Of a stretch of DNA of 64,000 bases, positions 23,733 to 37,000 are shown one piece after another. The DNA is from Pecten maximus. Its lineage: Eukaryota. A program made the translations under genes and the position numbers. The first letter of the stretch is position 1; each line of letters begins with the position of its first letter. The notes beneath the pieces were generated by a model. The model searched no databases, was not told where the DNA came from, and was given only the letters and a program-made list of their open reading frames with translations. The DNA is taken from NCBI RefSeq assembly GCF_902652985.1, contig NC_047016.1:18538001-18602000 (forward strand). Reading direction: 5' to 3'.

Positions 23733-26408
23733 ACAACCCTTTATGTAAAGGCAACCGGTATTAAAGGTCCTTAGCATGAACTTTACAATCTTCCAAATAT
23801 TCAATGCATTTTAACCAGTATCTGAATGACGGCGAAATTATAACGATACTAAATAACATTGATAGAGGTGAATGTTAATTCATGGATTTCTATTAATATT
23901 TACGAAATATTCAAATTAATTGGGACGCATGTTTAGAAAATGCTACATTTCAGCTTGTTTTGTTATTAGCAATAAAAATTAATTCAATGTTTATTGGATG
24001 TATGTTTATTAATGTACATATAACTGCAAATTGTTTCGACTATTCCTATGTTTTTACAACACTTGATTTGTGGTTACAACTAGTCAAATTCCAAGCGTTA
24101 CTGATGGATTCGTATCAATGTAACAGAATAACATTTCAGCTTCTATTCTTTTGATTCATGTCTTATGGTCGTATTGCTTCCTGACGAAACGAATTCTTGC
24201 TAAGAAGAATTTAACGCACATTTGTTATAAACAAGATGCAGCAACGTCACATAGAATCTTTAATAACATGCATTTTGTAGTTTCTCAAATACTTACCACA
24301 GTGTACAAACAGCAAATACATTTCTCCTTTGATACATATAGTCACGTTATACGAAAATTAATACAAAAATAAGATATATTTTCCGTAAAAATACCAACAC
24401 AAAGAAATTAGGAAAACACAGTTTTTTAGGACACTAAACTTGAAATATGCATGAGTACATTAGTGTATGAAACAGCCAACCTCTGGAATAAACAGTAAAA
24501 TAAATAAAGTACAAAAAAGTGTCCTTATGGATGTTAATAGTTCACTTCTTGGAAGGTGACCACAAGTCATGAAAACGAACTTACCTGGCTGTGTATAACT
24601 TACTCCTCAATAGATACTCCATCTGTCCTTTCTATATCTAACACTGACCTAATTTCCTTATTATTATATTTCCTTAATATAACATACTAAAATTGTTTTA
24701 TAAGCACACATTTAGGAACTCTTGGTGTTATTGTGATGTACATGTATGTCTGTTACTGGACAACAAGGACGTTAAAATCCACTGTAAAATTACTCATATT
24801 TTTTCACCTATGTCACAAAGGGCTTTGTTCATGAACAGTGCTTAACATTTAGAATATTTGAAATTGTCATGGTCACTTAATCCAATTACTTTCAACGCAC
24901 TAACTTTGGAAAAATAATTGGGTAAAATCAGGTACGCCTAAAATAAGTATAGCTTCTCTTTCAAAGTTTTCAGCAGCTAACCCATTGAACTTGAGTTACA
25001 CCTTAACCATAATTAAATGCAATACAAAAAGGTAGAAAAGCACATGAACTGAACAAACTTAATAAACCCTCCGTAGGTAGATATGGACTTATAGGTTGAA
25101 GAAGCCAAACCTTTGCCTTATTTTAAATAAAACAGCTGTAACATTATTAACCCATGTCAATCAAACATCAATCACTATGTTCACTAAGCAGTTTTTCAGT
25201 GCACGCTTGTTCAAATGGTTCACCACACATGGGTAAACTTAGACCTAAATGGTTTCTATTTCGCTTTTATTTCAAGCAATTACATATTTGTTTCCCGACA
25301 ATTAACATCATTTGCACAAACCACTTATACTGTTTAAATCAGATTGTAATATACTTTTGATGATATCACATGATTTACGAACTGCGCTTAAAGTGAGTTG
25401 TGTTCAATTTTGTACAAAGACGTTTTTTAAGTAAAACACTGATTCACAAAGCCAAATGCCTTTTTGAAATCTAAAAATATGAATCCTGTGCTGAGACCCA
25501 TAGCTATATTCTTTGCTCACGAATTTACAATATCTAAAAGTGCATTTTCACAGGAGCGATTTTGACAGAAACCTGACAGAATCCATGATGATACAATATC
25601 ATCATGAGCAGTTAGGTTTGAGTAAAAGGTACAATGAACATGTTTTACAATGATTTTTGAGAGTACTACTAACAGTAAGAGTAAATAAGATCAACACTAA
25701 ATGTATACTGTGCAATCCTCTATTTTATGTAGAACGTGACACAAATCAAGGATAAATTATTTATCGCACAAGGGGTTAGCTTCAATGAAGTTTTTGAGAC
25801 GCATTGAATTAATCCTTAATATATTGTATAAGGAGATTCGTTCGAAATTATTTATATGTTATTTCATTTATCCTTAGAGTGCATTTGGATGCGAAGAGGG
25901 CTACTATACAGAATATTAAATCAAAACGCTAACACAAATGTGGATTGTATAAACCGGTCACCAATTAGTCATATGCAAGTAAAACACGTTTATGGTTGTA
26001 TAGGGAGAGCAATGTCATTGGGTCGTTTCAAGGTATTTTTCAGCTTGTTTTAACATACCACTATTCCTATATAGCTGTCAGGTTGTGTCCCTCCACTGAC
26101 TTCCGGTAATAAACACAAAATGTACCAGATCCGGGACAAACAGTTATCGGACGCCGATTTCGCTCTTTACTGAACAGTGTCACATTAACGTCCAATCAAT
26201 ATGTTTAAATTCAGACACTGGAATTATCTTTTGTATGAGGCAAATTGTGCGAACATATTTATTGGCAAAATAGTTCTTTCAACTATGCAATGTACCCAAT
26301 GCATTTTTGTATGAAACTGTAATGTAAACTTTCGGTGGATTAAGCTGTAAAGTTTGGGAATGATGATGCATACAACATCAAAATTATATTTCAAAATCTG
26401 TCTTCACT

Positions 26409-26490
26409 GGTACCTAGCAACACACGTACACTACACTCTGTCGCTGTTAGCAACAGTAAGTAAGTGTTTGCTTACATGTAGCCATAGCTA
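26409..26490 (+). promoter_or_regulatory. Cluster of RFX X-box-like motifs next to a probable non-coding first-exon donor
   Basis: GGTACCTAGCAAC 26409-26421, GTCGCTGTTAGCAAC 26440-26454, GTAGCCATAGCTA from 26478; donor-like aca|GTAAGT at 26456. Motif match only. Confidence 0.35.
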
Positions 26491-28086
26491 GCCGGTGCTA
26501 CCGGTATTGTCCAATGGAAATCCGCATGATCACATTTATTTTCTAGGAAAGATTTAATTAAAACTAATATATATATGTTTACATTCATAATAACTCGTGT
26601 CGTATCCTGAAGCGATACACACCCTCTAAGTCAGTGGCATTATGGTTGGTCAATTTATTATTCCAGTGAGTCAAGTAAGGATATCCGTTATAGATCTGTA
26701 GTCTTCCCGCAGGATTTTAATTATAAAAAAAACATTGTCATGGAATTGATATACAGGGTAGAGTGATTAGCTTGCTGTATATATACAGGTGACACAGGTA
26801 CGTTTACCATTTTACCTGCCATATTGATCTCAGGTAAGCTGCCCATAACCCACTCAACTATGGCAACAGTGACAGAGCTTTCAGAGACATTCACAGCAAA
26901 GAAGATAGACATTGTATATATATACAGCTAGACACAGAATAGAGAACTGTTTCCAGTCAACCTTGACAACAGCGTCTCCTTCAATGGATGTGACCAACCA
27001 TAGCCACCTGATGTGAACCCAGTACCAAGGGACGAGTAAGTCGGATGTGTAAATGGACGTGATGTGCGACATCTACACGACACCTTACGATACCATCAAC
27101 ACCCGCTTATCCAATGACTACTATGGGACGCATCAGATGGATATCTGATACTATTAATGACGTCCATTTATGGATCAAAAGATAGGATATGGAATTTTAA
27201 AATGCCGAACATCTTTCTTTCCCATATGCTGGAATGTTATTTTAAGGACACCAATCTCTTGTGTACGTATATATGTGGATGTCAATTAAGGAGTTTCATG
27301 TTGCAGTAGAAATGTATTGGGTCAGGACGGCCCTGGTGATGGGGTGCCAATGGAATATCATGTTATAAAATGAAACCTTGACAACTGAAGTTTAATGTTA
27401 CTAATTACCTACCCACCCTACCATGCAACGCCTGTCTGACACTGCCAGCTATGGTACATAATTCATGACACTGTTTCATGTTGCTTGGGGCACCTCGCAC
27501 CGAGGCGCTTCGTTACTCATTGAGGTACTCTCGGAAGAGGGTGTGACATATTGTTTAAATGCTTGGATTAGAATGAAGATCCAATACACGGTTGATGTGA
27601 ATAATAGACTTGAATGATACTGACTTATGAAGTGGCTCGTCCTTCAAATAGGATGAAGCGAAAAGCTAACAATCTCGGTTCTGAACATTACTTTCTGTAA
27701 GCCGTAGGTAAAGTTACGTTTCGGATGCTCTCAACTGGATTTTCCTGATAGCATTCATATCGACACCAGGAGTAAAAATAACGAATTCAGTAATGCGTGG
27801 TCAGCGCATCAAGATAAGGCGCCAAAAACTGCTGTCTAGTTCTCCTAATATGTACAGACAGATACCAATGTAACTACTGGATACATATTGGATAAAACTA
27901 CAGACATGTGAAGATCTAGATTTCACGTTCTAGCACCATTTATATCATGTACCGAATGAGTTCTTCGTATTCAAAAAACCAACAAACCAAGATGTAGCTG
28001 ATAAAGTAGATCGCTTGATCCTTGGTGACCATTATCTCACTTTGGAGTGTTTCATCAGAGAACATTGGGTGAGCTATTCCGAATGA

Positions 28087-31000
28087 ATGCTCTTAGTGAA
28101 CTTCCGTTTCGGAGAAGCTTTTCTCTATTGGATTCCTTCCTTGTTTATTGTCCTGACTATGATTCTGGTCTTGTGTGCCTCCTTTTGGCGATTTCATCGG
28201 AAGAAAATGATGAAGAGAGTCCTCCAATATGACTATCTCGAGGCTAACCTGGACGTGAAGCGACCACGTATTGGGGCCATTCATTGTTTCTCTCACGAGG
28301 CGCATGTCAGTGACCTAACCATGTCTTTATCCTCAAATGACCTACCCTGGGGACGATCCCCCAGACAGTTTTACAATCGACAGTTCAGTCGCTCCATCAG
28401 CAATCCGGGATTCGACCGGTACGGTAACCCATTAGGTAAGAGTATTTTTCTAACTTCATACTTCACATTTAACTAGAAATAGTAAAAAAGTACTGACGAG
28501 GATGTTATTTTCCTGGAGTGCTAAACCTTCAAGTAAGATAATTTGATTTGATGTCATACTTAAGGAGCGTTACAGCGATAAATAGGCTTTTGTAATTGTA
28601 TATATAAGGACACACATATAGGATAAATAATTGAACTGTATCGATAACAATCTAAATCATTCTTTTCAGAGTTTGCCGTTTGAACAATGTTTATGTTTTG
28701 CTTACCTGTTAGCCGCCGGAAACAAAACACGCGTATGGTGGTAATATCAAGCTATATAGTCTGAGAATAGTCTGTATCTGTAACACTAGAGCACGGATAA
28801 ATCTATACAGGAACAGCGTAATTTGGTCTGTATGTAGTATAAAATTTAAAACGTTTTTTTCATGTCAAGAACCAATTGAGAGCTAAACGTCAGAGCTACC
28901 AGTAGGAATCGATGTTCCAATATCCAACCAGAGCTAAGTTATCTGAGTTAGCGGAATAATACATATAATAGGGACAAAATGTAGATTTGTGTTGTAATGT
29001 TCTTAACCTGCCTTTGTAAATATTTTCCATCGTATAGTTTTAAACAGAACTGTCGCCGAGAATGAAACACGGTAAATAAACGTCGCCATTTTGTTCCTAT
29101 TACAATGATATCGCTAGGATTCGTGACACATTACACAAACGTTACAGCTCTTGGTGTGATTCAGCAATTCAGACAATATCTTTTCAAAAACATGTCTTTT
29201 AGAATATGCTGCGTAATATTCTAACCGGTATTCAACACCATTATTACTATCAAAATGGTGTTCTTCAATCAAATATTTTATTTAAAAAACCTCAATGAAA
29301 ATCGTTGTGCTTTTACCAAATAGAATAACGGACATCTCTTTGGAGGGGTGTCGTTATCGCTACCGATTTCATCCAGAACAATAATCAGTTTGGAAAGGTT
29401 TGGTATTGTTTAACGTCCTTTCAACATCTAAGGTCATTTCAGAACGGCCTCTCCTGCATGCGAGTTGTGTGTAATGTATGTGTTTGTGTGTGTTTTGGGA
29501 GGCTGTGGTATATTTATGATTGTCTCCATGTGTAGTCCATTTTAAAGTGCTGCCTCAGTGAAGCATACTACTGAAGAAACCCAACAGGAAACCCCAACCG
29601 GTCACATGATACTGACAATGGGCGAACTAGGCTTAACTCAACTACAGGCCAATAATGAGGCAATGTCAAGGGAGACATTAGGAGGAAGAAAAATATTTCT
29701 TAGAAAGTAGATAAAAGATAAGTTTCCAATCTACTCGCCTCTTACGATCACGCAATGAAGGCAATTCTTACGCCTTACCTGTAGGGCAGAAATATATTGG
29801 GATGTCGCATCTCTATTGCAGTATAGCAAATAACCGAAAGAACAAAAACGCTTCATTCAATTATTGGAATAATTTTTGTCTGGATTTTTTTTTCTAATTA
29901 GCTTAATGAACTAGTACAATATTAATTTTTATATCTTAATATTTAAAGTAACTTTCTGCACACATGAAAATTTACTGTTTTAACCTACCTGTATAGACGC
30001 CAGAACAGGTGAAATTTACTCAAATTATGAAAGACACATTTTGATATCAAACATTGCATCTGGATATCAAACTTGTAGCTAGATATCAAGCATAACCTCT
30101 AGGTATCATACATTTAAGCTGGATATCATACATTGCATCTAAATATCAAGCATTTAATCTAGATATCAAACTTTGTAGCTAATTATCTAACATTGTGGCT
30201 AGATATCATACGCTGTAGGTAGATATCAGACATCGCTAGATATCAACTTTATAGGTAGATAGCATACATTGTAGGGAGATATCTAGCGATGGTTTGTAGG
30301 TAAATATCATTCATTGTAAGTAGATATCTAACATTGCATCTTAATATCAAACATCGCATCAAAATATAAAACATTTTAGGTAGATATCAAACATTACATC
30401 TAGATATCACAAATTGAAGCTAGATATCAAATAATGTAGGTAGATATCAAACATTACATCGAGTTATCATACGTTGAAGCTCGATATAAAACATTGTAAG
30501 TAGATATCAAACATTACATCCTGATGTCAAACAAATGTCTAATTGATATATACCTAAATACCACACACAGACGTCGGTTGATGAATTCGTATATATCATA
30601 AAGATATGCTAGGACCGGAAGTACCAAGCAAATCTTACCACACTGTTATTGGTATCTTTATCACGATGATGGTTTTCTTTTATTGAGTAACAATCTACTA
30701 TATAGACTCATTCATTCATCGTCTCATTCATGTTTTATATAACGATATCCATAATCATTGATGATTTACATATTACCATTTCTTTTGCCTTAATGTTTTC
30801 TTCATTGTCTATTGACTATCAGGCCGTGTGAGACTGGCGTGCGAGACGGCACGTGTATTTCCCAACTGGGTTGATGTTGTCCTATATCTGCTAAATACAT
30901 GTATATTATTAATTATCTGGGGCAAGAGAGATGTGATACTGTTGGGCTACAGTATCCCTTCATCTCAAAAGCATCGTTTCGACTCACAGTACTATCTATT

Positions 31001-34000
31001 ATTCATGTCGCGTGGTAAAGGTAGATTTTATTTCTTAAACTGATGTACGTGAATGATCAGTGTCATCGATAATCGGTACTTACAAAGGCCAATAAAGTCA
31101 CGCGTACCTGAAAGAATGTGATTGGCTGGTTGGGATGTGTCGGAGAAGTACTTATAATAGAATGGACCTCTTCCATTACATCGCTATGTGCTTGCTATAC
31201 ACAATATGTTAAAGCATTCTCATTAATTTGTGTCAACCATTTCGGGTATGAACGATAATGAAAATGCAGTTATCTATAAATGTACAATGAATTTCCGGCA
31301 TACTCAATGTTGGTTTTAGACTGCATGTGGTGTAATACAATAGAGTTGTCATGGATGATGCAGAAGCCGCTCACCCGTTCGCTATTTGTACCTTGACCTC
31401 ATCGCATCAAAAAGAGATGATAGTTATGACAGAAAGCATTATGTAAATGTCCGCGTTGTGATTAGGGCAACATGATATTATAATATTAAGACAATTTTTG
31501 ATGAAAGACAATTCCATAGGGTTGGTGCTTATAGTATAATGACATTCAATGACCACTAAAACATTTAAAGTATCCTATACACGTACTTTGTAATGTTCCA
31601 CTAAATGCCTGAATTATTAGAATGCTATATCGATTGAACATCTTGAAATGATTTAAAATAAGTCTTGACTGTTCCGGAACCCAGTTGTATAGATATCCTA
31701 CGCTGTGTTCATCTGTCTATTTTATACTACAATATCCTCACCAATTGCACCCTTTCCTATCCATTCGGATGCGAGCTTATATCGTATTTACGTTTCATTT
31801 CTACGACTGGTTGAATTAATTAGCTACGAAATAACGATATATGCCTTAATGAGCGTTGTTCTCGCACAGAACCATTCATATCATTAGTCATTAGCAGATG
31901 TCAACTATAGCGTTAAAATAGACCAACAGCGGTGATTGATGATGAATATAATTTGGACATCATTCTTTGTCAAGTTGGGATCAATATAGGTGATGTTCAT
32001 CGTTATAACAACAGCTAATTAAGTTGTCAATGCTTGCCTTTTTATCAAATAATCAGACATCATTTGTGTTAATGTTAATAAACATGTTTTGTTTGGATTT
32101 TAATAATGCAGCATCAAATACTCAAATATGATAGGGGAAATGTGAAAAGATACAGAAAAGATGAGGCAGAGCGATAATGAATAAAAATATATATATAGAA
32201 AGTATTATACTCTTACTCAATAGTTACGATTGCTTTGAAATAATATTTGTTTCTATCGAAAGGGTCAATCGGTCAATACCTGACAATATATAACGATTAG
32301 GATACATCATTGTTTTATTGTTTGATACAATGTATCTATTTTTTCAAATACGACATATCTAAATCAAAACCGTTTTGCTGAAATGCGATTCCGCAATAGA
32401 ATCAATACAATGTTGACAAGTTGTAAACATTTGATATTTGCATTGCTTACAAATGTTAACAACACCTCATTTTCAGCGGCTTATCGAAATTTGAAGGCCG
32501 TGTTGAAACTTCCGTCACGATTCCTTTTTTTTCATCGTTTGAAAATATATTTTGAAAGTATCCATGGGACATTTCAATTTAACATTCCATGGCTTTTAAA
32601 TCAATAATCACCTAACGCTCTGATAGTCACAACAGCTGACGAGTAGATGTAGTGGTCCCATGGATACACGTCATGTTTACATACAACAAAAGAGCAATTA
32701 TTTCCTTGTCAATATCATTCTAAAATATGTATATCAGGCTTATGCTTTACAAAATTTACCCAAGGGAATAGTCATGTTGAGTCTCCAGTCTCTCTCTATA
32801 TATGATGATGGGCCTTCAATACACAACATAGGCATAGAGAGGGCTGAAACAAAGAACTACTATTGAATTAGTAGAGTTGGCACAAAGATCCAAAGCTGAA
32901 ACATCAAAACGAGTTATTGTAATACATTCTGGTAGTATTGACGACAAATGGTTCACAAACGAATGAGACTAGTTTCGCTAATTGCGATATTGAGAAAACA
33001 AATAAAAACGAACTAACAATTACCCATTACTCGTCATATGCAGTTTTTCATTGTAATGCTACTTTGACAGGTACATGTAATATTCATTGTAACTTTAAAC
33101 TTGTACATTAGAGTTATTTATGGTATTCATAGTAGCCATTTACTCTACATGCGCGCGATAAAAATTTGATATGGTGATATATATATACTGTCAGTTGACA
33201 CACAGAATATAAAGATAGATTATATGTTTATACCACTGAATGTTGGCCGTAGGAACTAACGGTTGGACACCCCTACTAACCCTTATATTGATATTATTAC
33301 TAGTAGCTGTTTAAAGGGACTTTTTTTCGTGGATATGAGTTTATGATATAAATTAAAAGTAAACGGAAATCTTATAAACTTTACCGTAACACCACACTCA
33401 AAGATAACTTAAAATTCTTAAAAATAGAAGTTTTTTGAAAATGTTACTTCGACCCGAGGTGCGAAGAGCGTCAATGACGACAGAATGCACAAGTAAAGTC
33501 CTTTTTTAATAAAGCCTAAATGTAATGTATTCTTGCAAATACCGTTCAATGATCAATTTAAGGTATCAGTGCATGTTACATACTCTGACTTCGCAATGTC
33601 TTTATGTAGTTCTTTAATCAAGTTTACCATTCCCCTTCTCCCATACGAATTCTACCACAATAGATGGTTTTTCATGATATATAGAACAATGAACGTAGTT
33701 CTAAATTATAAATCCGCAATCGATCACTTTCGTTAGAACTTAAAACTTCTATTTGCAGTAAACATATTCTGTGATGAAAACAAAAACTACCTTTTTCAGG
33801 TGGAGTGTAAACATGGTTGGCATTATTGTAACAAATAACTATACCTAACTTTCTTTTCAGGTGTACTGCGGGAAGAGGCTGAAGGGAGGCATTTACTCAG
33901 GCGCGAGACTGAGCCTTCCTGGCACCCCGGAACTCCTGAGGACCACGGTTACGACAACCCGGTCACACCGTCTGTCCTCAATTCTTACTACGAGGACTGT

Positions 34001-37000
34001 GGCCTTCCTGTTCCGAGTGCTAAACCGCGCAGGAAAGCGCCGGTCACGAAGACTCGGTCACGAGGCGGTCTCGCAGCCACATTCATGGGGAATTCGGTGT
34101 TTGATAGTGACAGTAGCACACAATCGGAGCTATTTAACAGGATGGAGACTGTCGTACACTCCCCTAGACGCTTGCCTGACATGGAAAATAGTTACTGGAA
34201 GTCAGTCGATCCTAAAACCGTGGCGTCCATGGGGAACAAATCAAGCCCCGTTTCACTAAATCCCGATGACCCTAGAAGTCTTTCGCAGCAATATGAATAT
34301 GATCTTTACGTCGAAGAACAAAGCCATGTGGCAAAGAGGAAAAAGAAATCGAAAAAGTTATTCAAGGAATTAGCCATGAAAGCGATAGCAAATAATAAAA
34401 GTGATGACAACGAATCCTCAACGAAAAAATCTAAGAAGAAAAAGAAAAAGGGTGAGTTAAAATTCAACACCAATACTTGTACTGAAGAAAGCTTTAAAAG
34501 AATGCATTACCTAGGTATTGTGTTATTCAGTGCGTTACCCGTATCTGAGCTAGTTATATGTTAATCAGTGCGTTACCCGTATCTGAGCTAGTTATATGTT
34601 AATCAGTGCGTTACCCGTATCTGACCTAGTTATTATGTTAATCAGTGTGTAACCTGTACTTGACCTAGTTATTTTGTTGATCAGTGCGTTCCCTGTACTT
34701 GACCTAGTTATTTTGTTAATCAGTGCGTTACCCGTATCTGAACTAGTTATTTTGTTAATCAGTGTGTTACCTGTATCTGACCTAGTTATATGTTAATCAG
34801 TGCGTTACCTGTATCTGAACTAGTTATTTTATTAATCAGTGTGTTACCTGTACTTGACCTAGTTATTTTGTTAATCAGTGTGTTACCTGTATCTGACCTA
34901 GTTATTATGTTAATCAGTGTGTTACCTGTATCTGACCTAGTTATTTTGTTAATCAGTGTGTTACCTGTACTTGACCTAGTTATTTTATTAATCAGTGTGT
35001 TACCTGTACTTGACCTAGTTATTTTATTAATCAGTGTGTTACCTGTATCTGACCTAGTTATTTTGTTAATCAGTGCGTTACCTGTATCTGACCTAGTTAT
35101 TTTATTAATCAGTGTGTTACCTGTATCTGACCTAGTTTTTTTGTTAATCAGTGCGTTACCTGTACTTGACCTAGTTATTATGTTAATGAATGCGCCATTA
35201 GTACCTGACCTAATTGTATCAAGTCAATACATTACCCTATATGACCTTGTTGTGTGAGTCAGTGTTAACTGAACCTGGCCTAGATATTTTGTGAAAGTTA
35301 TATGTTAGAATCAATTACATGTTAGATAACAATGAGCATTTTATAATTGCTCGTTTAAATGGATTTGGAGTGGAAGGTAGAGAGGTGGTTCTTTGGTGTC
35401 ATGTGTGATGTGTATCGCTGAATCAATAGCAACAATTGGAAAACTTCAAACTAATCAGTTTTGAATATTAATATGGTAGATCAGGTTAACTCGTGTGAAC
35501 GTGGTACATATCGATTGTGTAGACAGGCGTTCACTGATAGGAACTTATCGATCCCTGGGTAATTACGATAGCTATCAGGAGCTGTAAAAAAGAGGAGGAA
35601 ACAAGTCAAGATAGCAGTCAAAGTGGTAGCTCCAGCAGCAAAGCTTAAAAATGACGCATAAACATCAAAACAAGATTATCACAATTTAACGAGGAAATGA
35701 TTTTTTTTTTCATTGAAGTACATGTACATGAAATAGAATAACAACTAATACTTGGTTTTGATGTACCTTGAACTTCCCTTATGATTAATTCCCCAAGTAG
35801 CAACTGAATTTTGTTTATTAATAGCAAGTATAGGTACCGCTATGTAACACCTGGTACTGTACAAATCTTGGCAAATTTTAATATGTTATCTTCAGGTTTT
35901 TTTATTATTGTTATTAAAAACGTGTATGTATAGTCACGCGTCTCATAAATATTTAATATAAATTGCTAAATAGTGAAATGATATTTTGTCTGTCTGCCTG
36001 GAGACTGATTTATCTATTTCGATACGATATTATCGGATCCCAACCTATTACATATCAGAACTGTTCCATTGGATGTAAAGCGTGCAGCACCTGTTAAGAA
36101 TAACTCTAAATACGATGGGTTGTGTTAGAAACTGATGTTTTAATTTAGTCATAAATCGTACCTACTGAATGTACTAATCTACGTATAACAAAACAAGACT
36201 TCATTCCAGTACCAAACCCTGTCTCTTTTCGTGGGTCCTGTTTGTGACAAGGTATTATTGACTTGGCTTTTGTCATTTAAAGTTGTGTCACAAGAATAGA
36301 TAGGTTGAAAAAGCACACGAGAATACGTATTGTAAATATTACATGGCTTTCAGTTCAATATAGATTATAGTTACTGCCTCCAATTCACAAACAGGGGAAA
36401 CAATCAAAATACAAAGGTTACTACCTCCAATTCACAAAGAGGGGAAACAATCATAATACAAAGGTTACTGCCTCCAATTCACAGACAGGGGAAACAATCA
36501 TAATACAAAGGTTACAAAGCCGTCCTATTTCTCCATTGACAGATTTATATTTGCGTTATTGTTTCTTTGATCGTTTAGCGATACCGCGATTAAGAAAAAC
36601 AAAGGGTGGAGGGTGGATAAGTCATAAATATGACACAAGTTTGCCATGACTCTTGTTATCACATATTGATTTGCATTTTACAATATATATTCATAATTAT
36701 TTGAGCGTTCGTTCCTGTAGTGGAGACCTTGAGTCATGTCGTATGGTTTTTAGTTGAGCGCTCGCTCCTGTTCTGGAAATCCTTAGGTTTTGTCCCCTGG
36801 CCTGTAGTTGACCGTCCGCCCTCGTGCGATAGTCTTTGGGCCCTGTCCCCTGGCATTTAGTTCAGTATTCGCTCCTGTGGTGGAGCCCTTGGGTTCTGCC
36901 CCCTGGCCTTTAGTTGAGTGTTCGCTCCTGTGTTGGAGACATTGGGTTATGTCCCCTGGTTTTATAAAGAATCGCACGACCTCCTCATTCTGTTGATTTT

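Noticed and set aside
26860-27370. Chain of back-to-back small ORFs (MATVTELS..., MDVTNH..., MDVMCDIY..., MTSIYG...) as a uORF-rich leader or polycistronic peptides
   Set aside because: A strong donor CAG|GTAAGC at 26834 suggests the region is intronic. ORF density is compatible with chance and no peptide motif is shared beyond MDV.
33861-34259. 132-aa ORF MYCGKRLKGG...
   Set aside because: Alternative frame of the real exon; splice phase selects the frame continuous with the 34085 ORF.
34790-35257. 155-aa hydrophobic repeat protein (LISVLPVSDLVIL)n
   Set aside because: Stop-free frame of a 39-bp intronic minisatellite; no splice or codon evidence.
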